Shown here: positions 26,420 through 39,552 of the stretch, one piece after another
How the letters are laid out: every line of letters begins with the position of its first letter
How positions within the stretch are numbered: the first letter of the stretch is position 1
Source: Mobula hypostoma
Lineage: Eukaryota
NCBI RefSeq assembly: GCF_963921235.1
Contig: NC_086097.1
Span: 150,104,001 to 150,168,000 of the forward strand
Length of the DNA: 64,000 nt
Reading direction: 5' to 3'
Position numbers and translations under genes: made by a program
The notes under the pieces: model-generated
Told to the model about the DNA's origin: nothing
Database searches by the model: none
Seen by the model: the letters and a program-made list of their open reading frames with translations, nothing else

Positions 26420-27885
26420 CTATCTTAGTCCATGTTCCAAACCTACACTGGTATCCGTCCCCCACTCTTCCTATGTTATATCAATGACCGCATTGGTGCT
26501 GCTTCCTGCATCCATGCCGAGCTTGATGACTTCATCAAATTTCTGACACCTCCCTCCCCTTTCTCGACCTCACCTTTTATTGTCTCTGGAGACAGCTTGT
26601 CTACTCGTGTCTATTATAAACTCATGGACTCTCGTAGCTACCTGGACCATACCTCTTCTCATCCTGTTACTTGTTAAAAATGCCATCCCCTTCTCTCAGT
26701 TCCTCCGTCTCCACCGCATCTGCTCTCAGGATGAGGCTTTTCATTCTAGAATGAAGGAGATGTCCTCCTTTTTCAAAGAAAGGAGCTTCCCTTCCTCCAC
26801 CATCAACACTGTTCTCAACCGCATCTCTTCCATTTCACACACGTATGCTCTTACCCCAACCTCCTGCCACTCTACCCTCTTGTGCACACCTACCACCCCG
26901 CCAGCCTCCGTGTCCAGCACGTAATTCTCCACAAAATCCGCCATCTCCAATAGGATCCCACCACCATACACACCTTTCCCTCCCCCCGCCCACATTCTGC
27001 TTTCCGCAGGGATTGCTCCCTATGCGACTCCGTTGTCCGTTCGTCCCTCCCCACTGATCTCCCTCCTGTCACTTATCTTTGCAAGTGGAACAAGTGCTAC
27101 ACCTGCCCCTACACCTCCTCCTCACTACCATACAGAGCCCCAAACAATGCTTCCAGGTGAGGTGACCCTTCACTTGTGAGTCATTTGGGGTCATATACTC
27201 TATCTAGTGCTCTCAGTGTAGCCTCCTGTATATCGCTGAGACCCGTCGTAGATTGGGAGACTGTTTTGCTGAGTACCTACACTCTGTCCACCAGAAGAAG
27301 TGGGATTTCCCAGTGGCCACCCATTTTAATTCTACTTCCCATTCCCATTCTGATATGTCAATTCATGGCCTCCTTTACTGTCGCAATGAGGTCACACTCA
27401 GGTTGGAGGAACAACACCTTATATTCCATCTGGGTAGCCTCTAAGCTGATGGCATGAACATTGATTTCCTGAACTTCCGGTAATGGCCCCCACCCCACCC
27501 TCATCCCTTCACCATTCCCCATCCCCTTTTCCCTCTCTCACCTTATCTCCTTGCCTGATCATCGCCTCCCTCTGGTGCTCTTACCACCCCCCCCCCGTTC
27601 TTTCTTCCATGGCCTTCTGTCCTCTCCTATCAGACTCCCCCTTCTCCAGCCCTGTATCTCTTTCACCAATCAACTTCCCAGCTATTTACTTCATCCCTCC
27701 CACTCCTGGTTTCACCCATCACTTTGTGTTTCTCTCTCCCCCTCCCTCACATTTTTATATCTACAGCTCATCTTTTTTTGTCCAATCCTGCCGAACGGTC
27801 CCGGCCCGAAACGTCAACTGTACTCTTTTCCATAGATGCTGCCTGTCCTGCAGAGTTCCTCCAGCATTTTGTGTGTGTTGCTCAA
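26420..27885 (+). mobile_element. Penelope-like element (RT fragment, Cys linker, GIY-YIG, terminus), degenerate
   Basis: YIND (YIDD-like), YYKLMDS..YLD..SSHP, AIPFSQFLRLHRICS, LEEQHLIFHLGSL; degenerate hammerhead motif at about 27785-27820. Confidence 0.88.
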
Positions 27886-28706
27886 GTTTATTGTCATCTG
27901 ACTGTGTATATATACTACCAAACAAAACAAAGTTTCTCCGGACTACAGTGCACCCACAAAATATATATCACACATAGCAGATAAAACAAAATATAACCAC
28001 AAATATGTTAATAAATATAATTCAAAAATGCATCCAGCATGCAGCACAGGCAGTCAATAAATACTCAACAGTACAGTAAATAATAAACTGCTTGACGGCC
28101 TTATAAATACACCTTGGTCTCACAGCCTGAGGGAAGAAGCTCTTACCCAGTCTGACAGTCCTAGTCCTGATGCTACTGTACCTCCTTCCTGATGGTAGTG
28201 GGTCAAAGAGATTGTGGGATGGGTGGTAGGGATACTCAACAATGCCTTGGACCCTTCCTCAACACTACCTGCCCCTCCACCTATCTTCAAAACATCTGCA
28301 AACTTGGCCGCAAAGCCATCCATTGTGTTATCAAAATGATGGACATACAGTATAACATGCAAAGGAGTGGTCCCAACACCGATCCCTATGGAACACCACT
28401 AGTCACAGCAGCCAACCAGAGAAGGATCCCACTTCTTACCATTAAATTAAATATGACTTCTGGTATCTATGCACAACATTTATTCTTGCATCAAACCTAC
28501 AGAAACAAACTGTATATCATTATTGAGAGTTTGCTATTCATAAAATGGCTTCTGTGCTTCCAACCTTACATAGAACATAGAAATCTGCAGTACATATTGC
28601 CATATAAATCCTGTCTGTGACAGATGTAATTCTGAGGTAGCTTCCTTGACACATATGTTCTGATCTTGCCCTCTTTTGGAAAAATATTGGAAAGACATTT
28701 TTGATA

Positions 28707-31700
28707 TTAGAACATAGAACCTAGAATAGTACAGCACAGTACAGGCCCTTCGGCCCACAATGTTGTGCCGACCCTCAAACCCTGCCTCCCATATAACCCC
28801 CCCACCTTAAATTCCTCCATATACCTGTCTAGTAGTCTCTTAAATTTCACGAGTGTATCTGCCTCCACCACTGACTCAGATAGTGCATTCCACGCACAAA
28901 CCACTCTCTGAGTAAAAAACCTTCCTCTAATATCCCCCTTGAACTTCCCACCCCTTACCTTAAAGCTATGTCCTCTTGTACTGAGCTGTGCTGCCCTGGG
29001 GAAGAGGTGCTGGCTATCCACTCTATCTATTCCTCTTAATATCTTGTACACCTCTATCATGTCCCCTCTCATTCTCCTTCTCTCCAAAGATTAAAGCCCT
29101 AGCTCCCTTAATCTTTGATCATAAAGCATACTTTCTAAACCAGGCAGCATCCTGGTAAATCTCCTCTGTACCCTTTCCAATGCTTCCACATCCTTCCTAT
29201 AGTGAGGCGACCAGAACTGGACACAGTACTCCAAGTGTGGCCTAACCAGAGTTTTATAGAGTTGCATCATTACCCCGCGACTCTTAAACTCTGTCCCTTG
29301 ACTTATGAAAGCTAACACCACATAAGCTTTCTTAACTACCCTATCTAGCTGTGAGGCAACTTTCAGGGATCTGTGGACATGTACCCCCAGATCCCTCTGC
29401 TCCTCCACACTACCAAGTATCCTGCCATTTACTTTGTACTCTACCTTGAAGTTTGTCCTTCCAAAGTGTACCATCTCACACTTCTCCGGGTTGAACTCCA
29501 TCTGCCACTTCTCAGCCCACTTCTGCAACCTATCAATGTCTCTCTGCAATCTTCGACGATCCTCTACATTATCTATAACACCACCAACCCTTGTGTCGTC
29601 TGCAAACTTGCCAACCCACCATTCTACCCCCACGTCCAGGTCGCTAATAAAGATCATGAAAAGCCAAGGTCCCAGAACCGATCCTTGTGGGACACCACTA
29701 GTCAAAACCCTCCAATCTGAATGTACTCCCTCCACCACGACCCTCTGCTTTCTGCAAGCAAGCCATTCTGAATCCACTTGGCCAAACTCCCCTGGATCCC
29801 ATGCCTTCTGACTTTCTGAATAAGCCTACCGTGTGAAACCTTGTCAAATGCCTTACTAAAATCCATGTAGATCACATCCACTGCACTACCCTCATCTATA
29901 TGCCTGGTCACCTCCTCAAAGAACTCTATTAGGCTTGTCAGACACGGTCTGCCCTTCACAAAGCCATGCTGTCTGTCCTTGATCAGACCATGATTCTCTA
30001 AATGCCCATAGATCCTATCTCTAAGAATCTTTTCCAACAGCTTTCCCACCACAGACGTAAGGCTCACTGGTTTATAATTACCCGGACTATCCCTACTACC
30101 TTTTTTGAACAAGGGGACAACATTCACCTCCCTCCAATCCTCCGGAACCATTCCCGTGGACAACGAGGACATAAAGATCCTAGCCAGAGGCTCAGCAATC
30201 TCTTCCCTCGCCTCATGGAGCAGCCTGGGGAATATTCCATCAGGCCCCAGGGACTTATCCATCCTAATGTATTTTAGCAACTCCAACACCTCCTCTGCCT
30301 TGATATCAACATGCTCTAGAACATCAACCTCTCTCATATTGTCCTCACCTTCATCAAGTTCCCTCTCATTGGTGAATACCGAAGAGAGGTATTCATTGAG
30401 GACCTCGCTCACTTCCATAGCCTTCAGGCTCATCTTCCCACCTTTATCTCTAATTGGTCCTACCTTCACTCCTGTCATCCTTTTTTCTTCACATAATTGA
30501 AGAATGCCTTGGGGTTTTCCTTTACCCTACTGACCAAGGCCTTGGTGATGGTATTAAACAGGAAATTAGAAATGTGTGCAATAAAGGAACAGCAGTTATA
30601 ATGGGTGACTTCAATCTACATATAGATTGGGTGAACCAAATTGGTAAAGGTGCTGAGGAAGAGGATTTCTTGGAATGTATGCGGGATGGTTTTTTGAACC
30701 AACATGTCGAGGAACCAACTAGAGAGCAGGCTATTCTGGACTGGGTTTTGAGCAATGAGGAAGCGTTAATTAGCAATCTTGTCGTGAGAGGCCCCTTGGG
30801 TAAGAGTGACCATAATATGGTGGAATTCTTCATTAAGATGGAGAGTGACATAGTTAATTCAGAAACAAAGGTTCTGAACTTAAAGAGGGGTAACTTTGAA
30901 GGTATGAGACGTGAATTAGCTAAGATAGACTGGCAAATGACACTTAAAGGATTGACGGTGGATATGCAATGGCAAGCATTTAAAGGTTGCATGGATGAAC
31001 TACAACAATTGTTCGTCCCAGTTTGGCAAAAGAATAAATCAAGGAAGGTAGTGCACCCGTGGCTGACAAGAGAAATTAGGGATAGTATCAATTCCAAAGA
31101 AGAAGCATACAAATTAGCCACAGAAAGTGGCTCACCTGAGGACTGGGAGAAATTCAGAGTTCAGCAGAGGAGGACAAAGGGCTTAATTAGGAAGGGGGAA
31201 AAAGATTATGAGAGAAAACTGGCAGGGAACATAAAAACGGACTGTAAAAGCTTTTATAGATATGTAAAAAGGAAAAGACTGGTAAAGACAAATGTAGGTC
31301 CCCTGCAGACAGAAACAGGTGAATTGATTATGGGGAGCAAGGACATGGCAGACCAATTGAATAATTACTTTGGTTCTGTCTTCACTAAGGAGGACATAAA
31401 TAATCTTCCAGAAATAGTAGGGGACAGAGGGTCCAGTGAGATGGAGGAACTGAGTGAAATACATGTTAGTAGGGAAGTGGTGTTAGGTAAATTGAAGGGA
31501 TTGAAGGCAGATAAATCCCAAGGGCCAGATGGTCTGCATCCTAGAGTGCTTAAGGAAGTAGCCCAAGAAATAGTGGATGCATTAGTGATAATTTTTCAAA
31601 ACTCGTTAGATTCTGGACTAGTTCCTGAGGATTGGAGGGTGGCTAATTTAACTCCACTTTTTAAAAAAGGAGGGAGAGAGAAACCGGGGAATTATAGACC

Positions 31701-33790
31701 GGTTAGCCTAATGTCGATGGTGAGGAAACTGCAGGGGTCAGTTATCAAAGATGTGATAACAGCACATTTGGAAAGCGGTGAAATCATCGGACAAAGTCAG
31801 CATGGATTTGTGAAAGGAAAATCATGTCTGACGAATCTCATAGAATTTTTTGAGGATGTAACTAGTAGAGTGAATAGGGGAGAACCAGTGGATGTGGTAT
31901 ATTTGGATTTTCAAAAGGCTTTTGACAAGGTCCCACACAGGAGATTAGTGTGCAAACTTAAAGCACACGGTATTGGGGGTACGGTATTGGTGTGGGTGGA
32001 GAATTGGTTAGCATACAGGAAGCAAAGAGTGGGAATAAACGGGACCTTTTCAGAATGGCAGGCGGTGACTAGTGGGGTACCGCAAGGCTCAGTGCTGGGA
32101 CCCCAGTTGTTTACAATATATATTAATGACTTGGATGAGGGAATTAAATGCAGCATCTCCAAGTTTGCGGATGACACGAAGCTGGGTGGCAGTGTTAGCA
32201 GTGAGGAGGATGCTAAGAGGATGCAGGGTGACTTGGATAGGTTGGGTGAGTGGGAAAATTCATGGCAGATGCAATTTAATGTGGATAAATGTGAAGTTAT
32301 CCACTTTGGTGGCAAAAATAGGAAAACAGATTATTATCTGAATGGTGGCCGATTAGGAAAAGGGGAGGTGCAACGAGACCTGGGTGTCATTATACACCAG
32401 TCATTGAAAGTGGGCGTGCAGGTACAGCAGGCGGTGAAAAAGGCGAATGGTATGCTGGCATTTATAGCGAGAGGATTCGAGTACAGGAGCAGGGAGGTAC
32501 TACTGCAGTTGTACAAGGCCTTGGTGAGACCACACCTGGAGTATTGTGTGCAGTTTTGGTCCCCTAATCTGAGGAAAGACATCCTTGCCTTAGAGGGAGT
32601 ACAAAGAAGGTTCACCAGATTGATTCCTGGGATGGCAGGACTTTCATATGAAGAAAGACTGGATGAACTAGGCTTGTACTCGTTGGAATTTAGAAGATTG
32701 AGGGGGGATCTGATTGAAATGTATAAGATCCTAAAGGGATTGGACAGGCTAGATGCAGGAAGATTGTTCCCAATGTTGGGGAAGTCCAGAACGAGGGGCC
32801 ACAGTTTGAGGATAGAGGGGAAGCCTTTTAGGACCGAGATTAGGAAAAACTTCTTCACACAGAGAGTGGTGAATCTGTGGAATTCTCTGCCACAGGAAAC
32901 TGTTGAGGCCAGTTCATTGGCTATATTTAAGAGGGAGTTAGATATGGCCCTTGTGGCTACGGGGGTCAGGGGGTATGGAGGGAAGGCTGGGGCGGGGTTC
33001 TGAGTTGGATGATCAGCCATGATCATAATAAATGGCGGTGCAGGCTCGAAGGGCCGAATGGCCTATCTCCTGCACCTATTTTCTATGTTTCTATGTTTCT
33101 ATGTTTCTCATGCGCCTCCTTGCTCTTCTCAGCCCCTTCTTAAGCTCCTTTCTTGCTACCCTATATTCCTCAATAGACCCATCTGATCCTTGCTTCCTAA
33201 TCCTCATGTATGCTGCCTTCTTCCACCTGACTAGATTTTCCACCTCACTTGTCACCCATGGTTCCTTCACCCAACCATTCTTTATCTTCCTCACCGGGAC
33301 AAATTTATCCCTAACATCCTGCAAGGGATCCCTAAACATCGACCACATGTCCATAGTACATTTCCCTGCAAAATCATCATCCCAATTCACACCAGTAAGT
33401 TCCAGCCTTGTAGCCTCATAATTTGCCCTTCCCCAATTAAAAATTTTCCTGTCCTCTCTGATTCTATCCTTTTCCATGATATTGCTAAAGGCCAGGGAGC
33501 GGTGGTCACTGTCCCCCAGATGCTCACCCACTGAGAGATCTGTGACCTGACCTGGTTCGTTACCTATTACTAGATCTAGTATGGCATTCCCCCAGTCGGC
33601 CTGTTAACATACTGTGACAGGAATCCGTCCTGGACAAATTTAACAATCTCTGCCCCATCTAAACCATTGGAACTAATCAGGTGCCAATCAGTATTAGGGA
33701 AGTTAAAGTCACCCATGATGACAACCCTGTTATTTTTACACCTTTCCAAAATCTGCCTCCCAATCTGTTCCTCAGTATCTCTGCTTCTAC
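28707..33790 (-). mobile_element. CR1 LINE split in two (28707-30543 and about 33106-33790) by a younger CR1 insertion
   Basis: RT ORFs 29702-30478, 29091-29777 and 28707-29087, plus APE ORF 33091-33531 (EHLGDSDH); the host sequence rejoins as ...ggcctt|ctcatg... Confidence 0.9.
30544..33105 (+). mobile_element. Young 5'-truncated CR1 LINE with about 820 uninterrupted ORF2 codons (partial APE + complete RT)
   Basis: ORF ending 33003: IMGDFN, SDHN, YLDFQKAFD, GVPQGSVLGP, KFADD; (TTTCTATG)n tail at about 33080-33105. The first ~29 aa of the ORF-track protein are read-through from the antisense host element. Confidence 0.96.
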
Positions 33791-33794
33791 CAGT

Positions 33795-34430
33795 AGTTTT
33801 GCGTATTGATTTACAACCTCATCCTATTACTGCAATTTTTGGACTATCAGTGATGGACTCTAGTCATTTATCCCCTTCAGCTTGCCATTTGATTGCTTTT
33901 GTTACAGTAATAACCAGAAGATCCATTTTACTTAAATAGAAAGATTCAAATCCCCTTACTACATTTCAATGGTTTTACCAAACCATAACATGTTTAAAGT
34001 AGGAAAAAATTAGGAGTGGTACTATGGATCCTTCGGTTAAATTTGAAGAAACTTGGAGGCCATTTATTCAACATTTTCATATGATGTAAACTGACCTTTT
34101 CCGAATCCTTTTCAATCACTTTTTGTTTGTGTATAGAGGAGCGGAGTTCATGATAAATAACGATTTTAACTGATGAAACATGGCAGCCCAGCCTTTGTTT
34201 TGTTTTGTTTTTTTTTGTTTTTTCTAGTGTAGGGGGACTTTTACTTTGTATAAAATTTTTGAATCTTTTTCATGTTCAGTTATTAAGAGATTGGGAGCCT
34301 TAAATTACATATGTTACTGGGAGTCTGTGTCTGTATATGTTAACCATTATTAATGTAATCCCGATTTCTTTGTATCATTATCATTGTCATGTTTATCAAT
34401 TCGAAACTTGATAAAAAAAAGATTGAGAAA
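33795..34430 (+). mobile_element. L1-clade ORF2 3' fragment with 3' UTR and A-tail
   Basis: DLQPHPITAIFG...ITRRSILLK and KFEETWRPFI, typical of the fish-type L1 ORF2 C-terminus; A-rich end at 34411-34430. Confidence 0.8.
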
Positions 34431-34580
34431 GAAACCTACAGCACATTACAGGCCCTTCAGCCCACAATGTTGTGCCGACCATGTAACCTACTCTAGAAAT
34501 TGCCTATAATTTCCCTACCGCATAGCCCTCTATTTTTCTAAGCTTCATGTACCTATCTAAGAGTCTCTTAAAAGACATTA

Positions 34581-34866
34581 TGTAGCGGTGTGCTACACAC
34601 AGCGCTAAAATAACCACACCTAGTCGGTGAGTTGGAGTTGCGATGAAAGAGATTTATTCAAACTTTGCGGCCTGCTTTAAAGCCTTCCCGTTCCCGCCCT
34701 TTCTGGGGCGGGACTACTGTGGGGAATGCATATTCCCAGACCCTTTTCGCGCGCGGGATTTTCCCCCTGCTGGTGAAGATGGCCTGGTGCCCTTTTTGGG
34801 GCTGGCCCTCTGCCTGCGCGCGCTGTTGTGAGCCGGTTCGTGGGTGCCAGAAAGTGGGTCGCCACA
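34581..34866 (-). mobile_element. Solo LTR (Gypsy-like, 286 bp) with 4-bp TSD
   Basis: TGTAGCG...CGCCACA termini; ATTA at 34577-34580 and 34867-34870; AATAAA and TTTAAA on the minus strand; GC/CpG-rich. Confidence 0.85.
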
Positions 34867-35204
34867 ATTACACCACCTGAAAAATAACCAGTGTTCCAAA
34901 ATGGATAAAATCCCTGCTGAAGTGCTTTAAAAATACCTCTGGAATTACATTTTAAGATTTGAGAGTTTCTTTTGCAGTGATTGAAGAGAAAGTCACTGCA
35001 ATTTACCTCCTACTTGTGGCTGACGAGTGCCCCCTAGTGTCAGGATTCCACTCATCGGGAAGCACAAAGTGAAACTGCACAAAGAATCCAAGAAAGACTA
35101 TGCTGGGACAGGTTAGTGCTGGTTATGTTAAAAGAATGGAAATTTTATTCAGTACATAAAATTATGAGAGGCCTAAAGAGGAAAGACCTATTTCCAGAAG
35201 CAGA

Positions 35205-36752
35205 AACATGGAGAGGATATTGATGGGCTCACAGAGTGCATCACTGGTTACATCACCTTCTGTGTGGACTGCAATGTTCTGACAAGAACTGTCCTTTGTT
35301 ATTCAAATAACAAGTCATGGGTGACAAAGGACATTAAGGACATCCTGAACGCTAAAAAGAGGGTGTTTAGAGATGGAAATAGGGAGGAGCCGAGGGCAAT
35401 ACAGAGGGACCTGAAAGCCAGGATCAGGGAGGCTAAAGACAGGTACAGGAGGAAGCTTGAGTGGAAACTCCAGCAGAACAACATGAGAGAGGTCTGGAGG
35501 GGGATGAGGACCATCACTGGGTTCCGGCAAACTTGCAACAGAGGAGCTGAAGGCATTGCGGACAGGGCCAACGAACTTAACCTGTTCTTTAACAGATTTG
35601 ACATTGTGGCCCTTACCCATCCCCCACATGATTCATCTGTTGTCGGCCCCCAACGAACACATATTCCACTCTCTCCTCCTACCCCTCCTCACAGTCCCCC
35701 ACCCTGCTCTCATGACTATACCCCTCCCCCACACAAAAAAAACCACAGTGGGCTTCACGGCTGAACAGGTGAGAAGACAGCTGAAACGTCTCAACCCAAG
35801 CAAGACGGCAGGACCGGATGGTGTCAGTACCAGGGTGCTCAAAGCCTGTGCCCCTCAGCTATGCAGAGTACTTCACCATGTATTCAACCTGAGCCTGGGG
35901 CTCCGGAGGGTTCCTGTACTGTGGAAAACGTCCTGCCTCGTCCCTGTGCCGAAGACGCCGGGCCCCAGTGGCCTAAATGACTACAGACCGGTGGCATTGA
36001 CCTCCCACATCATGAAGACCCTGGAGAGACTTGTTCTGGAGTTGCTCTGGCCTATGGTCAGGCCACACTTAGATCCCCTCCAGTTCGCCTGCCAGCCCCG
36101 ACTAGGAGTTGAGGATGCCATCGTCTACCTGCTGAACCGTGTCTATGCCCACCTGGACAAGCCAGCCAGCACTGTGAGGGTCATGTTTTTTGACTTCTCC
36201 AGTGCGTTCAACACCATCTGCCCTGCTCTGCTGGGGGAGAAGCTGACAGCGATGCAGGTGGATACTTTCCTGGTGTCATGGATTATTGATTACCTGACGG
36301 GCAGACCATAGTACGTGTGCTGGCAACTCTGGGTGTCAGACAGAGTGATCAGCAACACTGGTGCTCCACAGGGGACTGTCCTGTCTCCCTTTCTCTTCAC
36401 CATTTACACCTCGGACTTCAACTACTGCACAGTCTTGTCATCTTCAGAAGTTTTCTGATGACTCTGCCATAGTTGGATGCATCAGCAAGGGAGATGAGGC
36501 TGAGTACAGGGCTACGGTAGGAAACTTTGTCACATGGTGTGAGCAGAATTATCTGCAGCTCAATGTGAAAAAGACTAAGGAGCTGGTGGTAGACCTGAGG
36601 AGAGCTAAGGTACCGGTGACCCCTGTTTCCATCCAGGGGGTCAGTGTGGACATGGTGGAGGATTACAAATACCTGGGGATACGAATTGACAATAAACTGG
36701 ACTGATCAAAGAACACTGAGGCTGTCTACAAGAAGGGTCAGAGCCGTCTCTA
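35205..36752 (+). mobile_element. Rex1/Babar LINE ORF2 fragment, 3' end missing
   Basis: NNKSWVTKD, AGPDGVS, NDYRPVALTSHIMKTLERLV, MFFDFSSAFNTI, KFSDDSAIVG, KTKELVVD. Confidence 0.92.
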
Positions 36753-39137
36753 TTTTAGAACAGCTTGTTGTTGAGCCTACTAGGGGATCGGCTGTACTGG
36801 ATTGGGTATTGTGTAACGAACCGGAGGTGATTAGAGAGATTGAGGTGAAGGAACCCTTAGGAGACAGTGATAATAACATGATTGAGTTCACTGTGTAATT
36901 AGAAAAAGAGAAGCCGAAATCTGATGTGTCGGTATTTCAGTGGAGTAAAGGAAATTACAGTGGCATGAGAGAGGAACTGGCCAAAGTTGACTGGAAAGAG
37001 ACACTGGCGGGAAAGACAGCAGAGCAGCAGTGGCTGGAGTTTATGCGAGAAGTGAGGAAGGTACAAGACAGGTATATTCCAAAAAAGAAGAAATTTTCGA
37101 GTGGAAAAAGGATGCAACCGTGGTTGACAAGAGAAGTCAAAGCCAAAGTTAAAGCAAAAGAGAGGGCATACAAGGAAGCAAAAATTAGTGGGAAGAGAGA
37201 GGATTGGGAAGCTTTTAAAACCTTACAAAAGGAAACCAAGAAGGTCATTAAGAGAGAAAAGATTAACTATGAAAGGAAGCTAGCAAATAATATCGAAGAG
37301 GATACTAAAAGCTTTTTCAAGTATATAAAGAGTAAAAGACAGGTGAGAGTAGATATAGGACCGATAGAAAATGATGCTGGAGAAATTGTAATGGGAGATG
37401 AGGAGATGGCAGAGGAACTGAACAAGTATTTTGCATCAGTCTTCACTGAGGAAGACAGCAGTGTACCGGACACTCAAGGGTGGCAGGGAAGAGAAGTGTG
37501 CGCAGTCACAATTACGACAGAGAAAGTACTCAGGAAGCTGAATAGGCTAAAGGTAGATAAGTCTCCTGGACCAGATGGAATGCACCCTCGTGTTCTGAAG
37601 GAAGTAGCTGTGGAGATTGCGGAGGCATTAGCGATGATCTTTCAAAAGTCGATAGATTCTGGCATGGTTCCGGAGGACTGGAAGATTGCAAATGTCACTC
37701 CGCTATTTAAGAAAGGGGCAAGGAAGCAAAAAGGAAATTATAGACCTGTTAGCTTGACATCGGTGGTTGGGAAGTTGTTGGAGTCGATTGTCAAGGATGA
37801 GGTTACAGAGTACCTGGAGGCATATGACAAGATAGGCAGAACTCAGCATGGATTCCTTAAAGGAAAATCCTGCCTGACAAACCTATTACAATTTTTTGAG
37901 GAAATTACCAGTAGGCTAGACAAGGGAGATGCAGTGGATGTTGTATATTTGGATTTTCAGAAGGCCTTTGACAAGGTGCCACACATGAGGCTACTTAACA
38001 AGATAAGAGCCCATGGAATTACAGGAAAGTTACATACGTGGATAGAGCGTTGGCTGATTGGCAGGAAACAGAGTGGGAATAAAGGGATCCTATTCTGGTT
38101 GGCTGCCGGTTACCAGTGGTGTTCCACAGGGGTCCATGTTGGGGCCGCTTCTTTTTACATTGTACATCAACGATTTGGATTATGGAATAGATGGCTTTGT
38201 GTCTAAGTTTGCAGACGATATGAAGATAGGTGGAGGGGCTGGTAGTGCTGAGGAAACAGAGTCTGCAGAGAGACTTGGATAGATTGGAAGAATGGGCAGA
38301 GAAGTGGCAATTAAGTACAATGTTGGAAAGTGTATGGTTATGCACTTTGGCAGAAAAAATAAACAGGCAGACTATTATTTAAATGGGGAAAGAATTCAAA
38401 GTTCTGAGATGCAACGGGACTTGGGAGTCCTCATATAGGATACCCTTAAAGTTAACCTCCAGGTTGAGTCAGTAGTGAAGAAGGCGAATGCAATGTTGGC
38501 ATTCATTTCTAGAGGAATAGAGTATAGGAGCAGGGATGTGATGTTGAGGCTCTATAAGGCGCTGGTGAGACCTCACTTGGAGTACTGTGGGCAGTTTTGG
38601 TCTCCTTATTTAAGAAAAGATGTGCTGACGTTGGAGAGGGTACAGAGAAGATTCACTAGAATGATTCCGGGAATGAGAAGGTTAACATATGAGGAACGTT
38701 TGTCCGCTCTTGGACTGTATTCCTTGGAGTTCAGAAGAATGAGGGGAGACCTCATAGAAACATTTCGAATGTTGAAAGGCATGGACAGAGTGGATGTGGC
38801 AAAGTTGTTTCCCGTGATGGGGGAATCTAGTATGAGAGGGCATGACTTAAGGATTGAAGGGCGCCCTTTCAGAACAGAAATGCGAAGAAATTTTTTTAGT
38901 CAGAGGGTGGTGAATCTATGGAATTTGTTGCCACGGGCAGCAGTGGAGGCCAAGTCATTGGGCGTATTTAAGGCAGAGATTGATAGGTATCTGAGTAGCC
39001 AGGGCATCAAAGGTTATGGTGAGAAGGCAGGGGAGTGGAACTAAATAGGAGAAAATGGATCAGCTCAAGAGAAAATGGCGGAGCAGACTCCCTGGGCCGA
39101 ATGGCCTACTTCTGCTCCTTGGTCTTATGGTCTTATG
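36753..39137 (+). mobile_element. 5'-truncated CR1 LINE with a few frameshifts
   Basis: ORFs of 426 aa, 74 aa and 189 aa with APE end and RT motifs; (TCTTATGG)n tail at about 39123-39138. Confidence 0.95.
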
Positions 39138-39138
39138 G

Positions 39139-39201
39139 CAGGAATTGAACCCAAGTCACTGGTACTGTAAAGCATTGTGCTAACCACTATGCTACCATGC
39201 C
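39139..39201 (-). mobile_element. tRNA-derived SINE head
   Basis: Minus strand reads GGCATGGTAGCATAGTGGTTAGCAC...GGGTTCAATTCCTGCC, with A-box- and B-box-like motifs. Confidence 0.7.
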
Positions 39202-39552
39202 AACCCAACTCTTGACCCCTCCCCCACCAAACATACGTCAATGACATGAAATTTGTTGTTTTGTGGCTGAAGTACAGTGCAATAAAAATATAAAAAAATA
39301 AACAAGTCGTGCAGAGAGAACAAAGTGTGAGATAGTATTCATGGGTTCCTGGCACATTCAGAAATCTGAGGTTGGAGGGAATAGAAGGGAGTGGGATAGA
39401 AGCTGTCTTTGAGCCTGGTAGTAACAGCTTTCTGTTTCTTCTGTACGTTGAGAGAGGAGAGGGGGGTGAGGAGGGGAAAAAGGGAGGGGAAAAGGGAGGG
39501 TGGGAGGAGGGGAAGAGAGAGGGAGGGAGGAGCAAGGGGGTAGTGGAAAGTA

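Noticed and set aside
30454..33003. 849-aa ORF as a host gene or domesticated RT
   Set aside because: It is a 5'-truncated CR1 ORF2 with a tandem tail and a near-identical second copy; its N-terminus is antisense read-through.
34643..34899. CpG island with overlapping short ORFs
   Set aside because: Explained by a solo LTR with TG...CA ends and a 4-bp TSD.
39139..39201. tRNA gene
   Set aside because: A and B boxes are present but there is no convincing cloverleaf; it fits a SINE head.
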